Source: Candidatus Dormiibacterota bacterium | GTDB lineage: Bacteria; Chloroflexota; Dormibacteria; CF-121 | Length of the DNA stretch: 58,378 bases | Assembly (NCBI GenBank): GCA_036513555.1 | Contig: DATBYU010000140.1 | Coordinates: forward strand, 1 to 58,378 | Direction of reading: 5' to 3' | Shown: positions 51,918 through 58,378 of the stretch, piece after piece | Position numbering within the stretch: position 1 is the stretch's first letter | How the letters are laid out: the number at the start of each line of letters is the position of its first letter | The notes under the pieces: model-generated | What the model was told of the DNA's origin: nothing | Databases searched by the model: none | The model's input: the letters and a program-made list of their open reading frames with translations, nothing else | Translations under genes and position numbers: made by a program

Positions 51918-53105
51918 GTGTCAGTAGCCCAGGCGCCTATCAGCCAGCTGAAGGATGAAATCAGCACCCGAATCGACGCGCTCCGGCCGGACCTCGAACG
52001 GATCGGGCGTGACATTCACGCCAATCCTGAGATCGCCTACGAAGAGCACAAGGCGGTCGGCTGGCTGGCGGAGCTGCTCAAGAAACAGGGGTTCAGCGTC
52101 GAACTCGGCGTCGCCAACACGGAGACGGCCTTCGTCGCCAGCCGGCGGAATGGGACCGGCCCGACGATTGCCTTCTTGTCCGAGTACGACGCGCTCCGCG
52201 GTCTGGGCCACGGCTGTGGCCACAACCTGATCGCGACTGCTTCCGCCGGCGCCGGCATCGCGCTGGCCGATGCTCTCGACCGTCTGCCCGGACGTGTGCT
52301 CGTCATCGGCACCCCGGCCGAAGAAGGTGGCGGCGGAAAAATCCGCCTGATCCGCGCCGGCATCTTCCAGGAAGTCGACGCGGCCATGATGTTCCATCCC
52401 GACACGCGCACGCAGGTGCTCCACTGGGCACTGGCAGTCACGCACATGCACTTCGAGTTCATCGGCCGAGCCGCGCATGCCTCGGGCGATCCTGAGAAAG
52501 GCATCAACGCGCTCGATGCCTTTGTGCTCGCCTACAACGGCATCAGCCTGCTGCGCCAGCAGGTGAAGGAGGGGGCCAGGCTTCACGGCTTTCTCAAGGA
52601 GGGCGGCACCGCGCCCAACATTATCCCGGAGCGGACCAGCGGCGAATTCCTGGTCCGGGCACGGGACGAGGCCTACATGCAGGAGCTGGTGCAAAAGGTG
52701 AAGAACATTTTCCAGGCCGCGGCGCTCGCGACCGGCTGCGAGGTGCGGCTCACCTTCGACGAGGAACCGTATGCCGACCTTCGCAACAATGGCGTGCTGG
52801 CCAAGCTCTTCGAAGAGAATATGCGCCGGCTCGGATTGGACCCGGTCGAGGGGGTGCCGTGGGCAGGTGCCGGGTCCACCGATATGGGCAACGTGAGCCA
52901 CGTCGTGCCCGCGCTGCATCCAACCATCGGCATCGCGTCGCCCGAGGTTCCGGGTCACTCGCAAGCGTTTCTGGAAGCCTCCGGCTCGCTCCGCGGCTAC
53001 CAGGCGATGGTGGACGCGGCGAAAGCGCTGGCGATGACGGGAGCCGATCTCCTCGCCGACCACACGCTGGTCGAGCAGGCCAAGGTCGAGTTTCGGCGGA
53101 GTTGA
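51918..53105 (+). CDS. M20-family amidohydrolase (AbgB/YxeP-like)
   Basis: IHANPEIAYEEHKAV, GHGCGHNLIATAS, PAEEGGGGK and GSTDMGNVS. Start is GTG 51918 or TTG 51909. The track start at 51702 overlaps the divergent gene. Confidence 0.8.
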   Translation: MSVAQAPISQLKDEISTRIDALRPDLERIGRDIHANPEIAYEEHKAVGWLAELLKKQGFSVELGVANTETAFVASRRNGTGPTIAFLSEYDALRGLGHGCGHNLIATASAGAGIALADALDRLPGRVLVIGTPAEEGGGGKIRLIRAGIFQEVDAAMMFHPDTRTQVLHWALAVTHMHFEFIGRAAHASGDPEKGINALDAFVLAYNGISLLRQQVKEGARLHGFLKEGGTAPNIIPERTSGEFLVRARDEAYMQELVQKVKNIFQAAALATGCEVRLTFDEEPYADLRNNGVLAKLFEENMRRLGLDPVEGVPWAGAGSTDMGNVSHVVPALHPTIGIASPEVPGHSQAFLEASGSLRGYQAMVDAAKALAMTGADLLADHTLVEQAKVEFRRS

Positions 53106-53109
53106 GGCC

Positions 53110-54276
53110 ATGATCAACGAGCGATATCGCGAGGATCGCGAGCATCAGCGCCTCGGCAGCTTGACGGTCTACTGCGGCCCGACGCATTCGGGCAAGACCA
53201 AGAAGCTCGAGGCTGAGGCCGAGCGCGCCCAACGGCAAGGGCGTCGGATGCAGCGGCTGGCCGCCCCGTCCGATGCCAATCAGCTGATGGATCAGCTCGA
53301 CCCGGCCACCGAGCTGGTCACGGTGGACGACGCGCAGCTGTACGACGACCGCCTGGTGGAGGTGCTGAACGACCTGGCCACCATCCACCGGGTCGATGTG
53401 GTGGTCGCCGGCTGGGAGCTCGACTACATGGGCCGGCCCGCCGGGCCGATGCCCGAGTTGATGTGTGCCGCCGACGTTGCCTTCAAACTCGATGACGGCG
53501 TCTGCGCCCAGCCGGGGTGCCGCAACCTGGCCAGCCGCACCCAGCGCTTCTTTGCGGTCAATGGCACGCCGGAACGCTTTCTTCCCGTCTGCCGGCGTCA
53601 CCACGGTGTTGAGCCGCGGGCACAGACCTTCCAGGAAGTCTGGTTCGACGAGCCGTCCGGCAGCCTGGACCTGATCAGCGGCTGCATGTTCAGCGGCAAG
53701 ACCCAGGAGTTGATTCGCCGGCTCGACCAGGCGCGCTACGCTGGGTCCACCATCCAGGCGTTCAAGCCCGCCCTCGACGACCGCTATGCGATCGCGGCGG
53801 TGGCCTCCCATCGGGAGGTTCGCTTCCCGGCGATCGCGGTTCCGGACGTGGCGGCGCTGGCGGAACAGGTGCGCGACGACACCCGGGTCATCGGCATCGA
53901 CGAGGCACAGTTCTTCGGGCACGAAATCGTGGCGCTGGCCGAGGAGCTGGCCAATCGCGGCCGGCACGTGATCGTCGCCGGTCTCGACCTCGATTTCCTC
54001 GCGCGTCCCTTCGGACCCATGCCGCTGCTCGCCGCCTATGCCGACCGGCTCACCAAACTGCAGGCGTCGTGCCAGTATCCCGGCTGCGGATCGCATCAGG
54101 CGAGTCGAACGCAGCGTCTGCTTGATGGCGTACCCGCGCCGGCGGACGGGCCGCTGGTCGTGATTGGGGGCGCGGCAACCTATCAGGCGCGGTGCCGGCA
54201 CCACCATCGCATTGGGGTGCCGGCGAGACCTGAGCCGGAGCCGGTCTCGGTCGCCGAAGAGTCAGCCGACCTCTAA
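53110..54276 (+). CDS. tdk: tandem double thymidine kinase (degenerate TK1-like domain + canonical TK1 domain)
   Basis: Domain 2 (~195-388): GCMFSGKT, IGIDEAQFF, AGLDLDFLARPFG and C..C...C..H. Domain 1 (~15-180): GPTHSGKT, VTVDDAQLY, AGWELDYMGRPAG and C....C...CRRHH, but lacking the central thymidine-binding segment. Confidence 0.8.
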   Translation: MINERYREDREHQRLGSLTVYCGPTHSGKTKKLEAEAERAQRQGRRMQRLAAPSDANQLMDQLDPATELVTVDDAQLYDDRLVEVLNDLATIHRVDVVVAGWELDYMGRPAGPMPELMCAADVAFKLDDGVCAQPGCRNLASRTQRFFAVNGTPERFLPVCRRHHGVEPRAQTFQEVWFDEPSGSLDLISGCMFSGKTQELIRRLDQARYAGSTIQAFKPALDDRYAIAAVASHREVRFPAIAVPDVAALAEQVRDDTRVIGIDEAQFFGHEIVALAEELANRGRHVIVAGLDLDFLARPFGPMPLLAAYADRLTKLQASCQYPGCGSHQASRTQRLLDGVPAPADGPLVVIGGAATYQARCRHHHRIGVPARPEPEPVSVAEESADL

Positions 54277-55965
54277 GCCACGCAGGCGCTGGTTGCCAAA
54301 CAGGATGCTCAGCGCCGCGACTGCGATCGCGCCCCCAACCGAGATGGTCATCGCGGCGAGCCAGGTGGTGTAGAGCGGGAATCGCGTTACCGCGGCCAGG
54401 GCGATCGAAATCACGAGCAGCAGGGCGCTGGCGCCGCTGACGACGGAGAACAGCCCCATGCCGACGAAGATGCCCACTGGATGCATCATCCGCCGGGCAT
54501 CGGTCCAATCGAAACGGGCAAAGACGGCACCGATCCCCACCATCACGGTGGTCACTGCTGCCGCCTCGGCGATGGCGAGCACCACGGCGGCGACCGCCCA
54601 CAGCCATCCCGGCTGGATGAGAATTTCCGCGACGAGCGCGGCCAACGCCACCACGAACGCGGTCGGCAGAGCCGTAGACCAGCACTTCGCCTGCAACAAG
54701 CGCAGGGTACTGTTGGGCGACGCCGCGTAGACCCAGATGCTCTTGCCCTCGAGGCTGACCGCCGAAAGCCCCAGCGAGATGCTCAGCGAGAAGAGCAGGA
54801 TCCACGCCGGAATCAGACCGATCATGGCGGCAGGCGGCCCATCGCCGAGGCTGTGCACCGCGCTTAGCAGGCGAGGAAAGCGCAGCCCGAAGATGACGAA
54901 GAGGAACACGACGGGCATGATGAAGCGGACCAGCTGGGCCAGGTCGCGGGTACGCATCCGCCAGTCCTTGATCACGATCGCGGCCAGAACCGGGCTCAGC
55001 AGTGGCAGCGCTCCCCCCAACCGGCGGACCCTCGGGGTCGCGTGCCGCCGCCGAGGTCGGACCGCCTGGATCCATCCGGCCATGTAGAGGCGGCCGTTCA
55101 GCACGCTACCGGCGGTGAAGATCGCGGCCGAGACCGCCAGCAGCAGTAACATCCACTGGCCGGCGGTCACCAGGTCGCCCCTGAGAACGGCTGCCGCGCT
55201 GCGCCCGGCCCAGCCCGATGGGAGCCACGACGCGCTGGCCGCTGGGATGTCGGGCAGCGGCGGCGTCAAGCCCGGACGGCGGGCGAACCCGGAATCGCGG
55301 AATGCGGGATTGAGCAGAAAATTGGCGAGGTTGATGCCGATGCCGAGCGCGATGCCGAATAAGGTCAGGACTTCCCGGCCTCGTCCGACCGGGATGACGC
55401 GAATCAGCAGCAGGCTCACCAGAGAGATGATCACGACCACGAACACGGGGTAGAGCACGTAGAGCGCCGCGAAGGCGAACGGGATCAATGGGTTGTGATT
55501 GGCGATCGCAAGCACGACGAGGGCGGGCGCCGTGAACAGCAAGCTCAGCAGGGACAGGCGAAGGACCTGGACCACCATTCGGCTGGCGAGGACGCTCTCC
55601 ACCGAGCGCGGCGCGGCGAGCAGCACGTCTAAGTCCGGATTGAGCAGGAGTGCATTGAGGCTGAACAGCAGGCTGCTGAAGACCAAGACACCGGTATAGG
55701 CCAGGAACGCCAGGCTCAGCACCTGGACGGGGTCGATGCGTAACACCACCCGGTGTGAGGCCAGCACGCCGAGCCAGGTGATGAATGCCTCCCATGACCA
55801 AGCGATGAGGATCACGGCCGCGCCCGCGATCGTCCCCGCGATCCGGCCGGCCTGGCGGCTGCGGATCGTCTGGTTGAGGAACATCTGGAGCTGGACGCGC
55901 CAGAGCAGCAGGCCAAGCGCGAGGCCTTCCAATGCGCCCATCCCGGGTCTAGCTTTCGAGGCCAC
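54262..55965 (-). CDS. large polytopic ABC exporter permease
   Basis: About 12 or more hydrophobic segments, immediately downstream of and overlapping an ABC ATPase gene. Start is GTG 55965 or ATG 55941. Confidence 0.65.
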   Translation of the reverse strand: MASKARPGMGALEGLALGLLLWRVQLQMFLNQTIRSRQAGRIAGTIAGAAVILIAWSWEAFITWLGVLASHRVVLRIDPVQVLSLAFLAYTGVLVFSSLLFSLNALLLNPDLDVLLAAPRSVESVLASRMVVQVLRLSLLSLLFTAPALVVLAIANHNPLIPFAFAALYVLYPVFVVVIISLVSLLLIRVIPVGRGREVLTLFGIALGIGINLANFLLNPAFRDSGFARRPGLTPPLPDIPAASASWLPSGWAGRSAAAVLRGDLVTAGQWMLLLLAVSAAIFTAGSVLNGRLYMAGWIQAVRPRRRHATPRVRRLGGALPLLSPVLAAIVIKDWRMRTRDLAQLVRFIMPVVFLFVIFGLRFPRLLSAVHSLGDGPPAAMIGLIPAWILLFSLSISLGLSAVSLEGKSIWVYAASPNSTLRLLQAKCWSTALPTAFVVALAALVAEILIQPGWLWAVAAVVLAIAEAAAVTTVMVGIGAVFARFDWTDARRMMHPVGIFVGMGLFSVVSGASALLLVISIALAAVTRFPLYTTWLAAMTISVGGAIAVAALSILFGNQRLRGLEVG

Positions 55966-56731
55966 GCAACACCGCGCTGACGTCGTCCTCGCGGGTGCCG
56001 GTCAGGTCGAGGAAGATCTGTTCCAGGGACTGGCCGTCCTGCCCGACCATGTGCCGGAGCTCTTGCAGGCTCCCCATCGCCACCAGCCGGCCGTGGTTGA
56101 TGATGGCCAGCCGGGTGCACATCCGTTCCGCGATTTCGAGGATGTGGGTGGAAAAGAAGACCGTCTTCCCCTCGCGGCAAAAGTCCTGCAAGATGTCTTT
56201 CATCTGGCGAGCGCTCTGCGGGTCGAGGCCGACGGTCGGCTCATCGAGGAAGAGAACCTGCGGGTCGTGGAGCAGCGCCGCGGCCAGCGAGACCTTCTGC
56301 CGCATGCCGCGGGAATAACCCGACAGGAAGTCGTCGCCCCGCTCCTGGAGGTCAAACAGCTTTAGAAGTGCCGCGATTCGGCGGTCGCGGAGCCGCCGCT
56401 CGACGTGGTAGAGATCGCCCGAGAATTCGAGGAACTCTCTCGCGCTCAGCTTGTCGTAGAGGGTGGCGGCGTCGGGCACGTAGCCGATCAGCGCCTTGGC
56501 CTTCTCCGGTTCGGCCGCGATGTCGATGCCGGCCACCCGGGCGTTGCCGCTGGTGGGTCGCAGTAATCCGACCAGCATCTTGATGGTGGTCGTCTTGCCG
56601 GCGCCGTTTGGGCCGAGGAAGCCGAACAGCTCGCCGGCACCCACCTCCAGGTCCAGGTCCTCCACCGCCGTGAGGCTGCCGTAGCGCTTGGTCAGGAGGC
56701 GGGTGGACAGCACCGTGCCAAGTCTACCCAT
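55949..56731 (-). CDS. ABC transporter ATP-binding protein (ABC-2/DrrA-like)
   Basis: Walker A GPNGAGKTTT, signature YSRGMRQKVSLAAAL, Walker B LFLDEPTVGLD. Confidence 0.9.
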   Translation of the reverse strand: MGRLGTVLSTRLLTKRYGSLTAVEDLDLEVGAGELFGFLGPNGAGKTTTIKMLVGLLRPTSGNARVAGIDIAAEPEKAKALIGYVPDAATLYDKLSAREFLEFSGDLYHVERRLRDRRIAALLKLFDLQERGDDFLSGYSRGMRQKVSLAAALLHDPQVLFLDEPTVGLDPQSARQMKDILQDFCREGKTVFFSTHILEIAERMCTRLAIINHGRLVAMGSLQELRHMVGQDGQSLEQIFLDLTGTREDDVSAVLRGLES

Positions 56732-56891
56732 GGACCGCCAAAACTGGGCCTAGAATGGGCGTCTTGCCGGGGGTTCCGCGTGAATACGGCCTGAACTCAG
56801 GCGCTTGCGGCGGCTCCGCGACAGGTTTTCCGCTGTTACAACGTTGTTGCCTTGAAGGTTGAGCCATGCCTTCAAAGGCCGGACAGCATTG

Positions 56892-58378
56892 ATGGAGGTA
56901 CAACCGCAGGAAGGGGAGCTCGGCGCCCTGGTCAGCAGTCCGGAGTTCGCCCGGATGGTCGACCGGTTCGCGGCGACGACCGGGCTGCGGCTGCAGGTGT
57001 TCGACCTCGACGCGCATCCGCTGACGGCGGTTGAGGACTACCCGCGCTACTGCCGCCTGCTGCAGGAACGCAAAGCCTGCCCCCTCTACAACGACCCAGA
57101 TTTCCTCAAGCGCGGCGAGGAGACCATCGGGGTCTGCAAGTCCGGCGTCGGGCATTTCATTGCCCCGGTTCGCAATGAGAAAGAGGTGCAGATCGGCGCC
57201 GTGGTCGGCCCAGCCGTCAAGGACGGTCCCAACTCGGTCGAAGAATTTGCCGAGCTGGCCTTCCGTCTCAAGATCTTTCCCGACGACCTGATCCAGGCGG
57301 CCGACGCCGTCCAGGAACACGACGCCGAGAACCTCCTCGGCGCCGGGGAGCTGGTTTCGGTCGGGTTGAACTTGCTGGCCGAGATGCAGGCGAAGGAACG
57401 CGTCGGCCATGCGTTGCGGCGCTTGCAGGCCGAGATCGCGGAGTCGAACGCGCAGCTGCTGACTCAGCATGTCGTCGAGGCGCTGCTTTACCTCACGCGC
57501 GCCGACTACGCCCTGGTGCTGATGATCGATGAGAGCGGATCCGATCTGGCTTCAGCCTTCGACCAGCCGGCACCCGATCAGCTGGTGGCGGCGAAGCGCC
57601 GTCTCGTGGAAGGCATCGCGGAATGGGTCAAGCACGCCGACCGCACCGTGACCGTGCCGGACATTTCCAAGAGCGCCTGGTCGCGCTACCTCACTGACGA
57701 CACCGTCAAGGTGGGGAGCGTCGTCGGCGTACCCATCCCTGATCAAAAAGGCGGCTCGACCTTCGGCGCGATCGTGGTTGGCTTCGACCGTGCGCGCGAC
57801 GATCTCGAGGAACCGCTGGCAGCGCTGGAGAGCTTCGTCGCCGAGGGGCTCTACGCCCTGGTGATGGGCCGCAAGCTGATGCAGGCGGAGCAGCTCGCGC
57901 TCCTCGACGTCCAGTCGGGCGCCTACAGCAGCCGCTACCTGGACGACCTTCTCGACAAGGAGATCAGCCGGGCCTCACGCTACAACCACGATCTCGCCAT
58001 CGTGACCTTCGACATCGAGGCCTTCGAGGTGCTTCGCGGTAAATATGGCGAGGGCGGTCTCGGCCGCATTCTTCGGGAATTCGTCGCTGTCATCCGGGCG
58101 AAGACGCGGCGAGTCAACACCGTCGCCCGGATTCGCGACGGCCAGTTTTGCCTGGTCATCCCTGAAGCCGACCGGGCGGTCGCCGTGCGGCAGGCCGATC
58201 GCCTCCGACCCGCGCTCGAGGAACATCCCTATGCAGCCACGCCCAATGGCGACATCGTGCGATTGGCGGTGGATACCGGCGTGGCGGCCAGCGAGCACGG
58301 CAAGGACGACCGGGCCGCGTTGCTCGCCCAGGCGATGCAAAGCCTCACGCAGGCTCGCAGCGAGCGGCGAACGCGCAG
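56892..58378 (+). CDS. PocR-GAF-GGDEF-like signalling protein, 3'-truncated by the window edge (absent from ORF track)
   Basis: Open frame from ATG 56892 to the last base. PocR-like N-terminus (..FAATTGLRLQVFDLDAHPL...YCRLLQ...CPL....CKSGVGHFIAPV...IGAVVGP), a central GAF-like region, and a C-terminal GGDEF fold (LLDVQSGAYSSRYL..DLAIVTFDIEAFE) with RDGQF in place of GGDEF. Confidence 0.75.
   Translation, partial: MEVQPQEGELGALVSSPEFARMVDRFAATTGLRLQVFDLDAHPLTAVEDYPRYCRLLQERKACPLYNDPDFLKRGEETIGVCKSGVGHFIAPVRNEKEVQIGAVVGPAVKDGPNSVEEFAELAFRLKIFPDDLIQAADAVQEHDAENLLGAGELVSVGLNLLAEMQAKERVGHALRRLQAEIAESNAQLLTQHVVEALLYLTRADYALVLMIDESGSDLASAFDQPAPDQLVAAKRRLVEGIAEWVKHADRTVTVPDISKSAWSRYLTDDTVKVGSVVGVPIPDQKGGSTFGAIVVGFDRARDDLEEPLAALESFVAEGLYALVMGRKLMQAEQLALLDVQSGAYSSRYLDDLLDKEISRASRYNHDLAIVTFDIEAFEVLRGKYGEGGLGRILREFVAVIRAKTRRVNTVARIRDGQFCLVIPEADRAVAVRQADRLRPALEEHPYAATPNGDIVRLAVDTGVAASEHGKDDRAALLAQAMQSLTQARSERRTR

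Overview
A 58.4-kb high-GC bacterial chromosomal segment, densely coding on both strands. I found no rRNA, tRNA, CRISPR array, transposase or integrase. All protein family calls are made by eye from motifs, with no database searches run.

Content in order:
- argH-argR-argG
- a secreted C39-like peptidase
- YbjQ
- a DedA/S-component-like/DUF4013 fusion membrane protein
- a four-gene MacB-type ABC plus DesK/DesR-type operon
- LysR and an isocitrate-lyase-family gene
- a PspC/LiaF-like envelope cluster
- a tiny lmo0937-family gene that has its own promoter and terminator
- an amidohydrolase
- a ZIP transporter head-to-head with a DtxR-family regulator
- Amt
- an MBL hydrolase
- a DUF1501/DUF1800 pair
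- a selenocysteine-containing formate dehydrogenase operon (alpha/FeS/NrfD)
- an orphan Flp pilin
- PxpA
- a degenerate PHP-like protein
- a TPR-CAP lipoprotein
- a GAF histidine kinase with a NarL-type regulator, followed by an orphan CpaF/TadA ATPase coupled to a coiled-coil 2xGAF protein
- a NIF3-like operon
- a DNPH1-like gene
- a frameshifted methyltransferase
- mogA, DUF72, moaC and dinB
- an LprG-like lipoprotein
- a lower-GC XRE gene
- HAD and nfo
- MBL, GH31 and M20 enzymes
- a tandem double thymidine kinase
- an ABC exporter pair
- a 3'-truncated PocR-GAF-GGDEF-like gene

Most notable observations:
1. The CpaF-plus-GAF signalling/ATPase module has no Tad platform genes.
2. The fused TK-TK protein has a degenerate N-terminal copy.
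3. A REP/MITE-like G/C hairpin element occurs four times, once in frame inside argG.
4. A UGA-Sec recoding site with a SECIS hairpin joins two ORF-track fragments into one FDH alpha gene, which lacks a Tat signal.
5. Several genes are absent from the ORF track: small ORFs and the edge-truncated genes.
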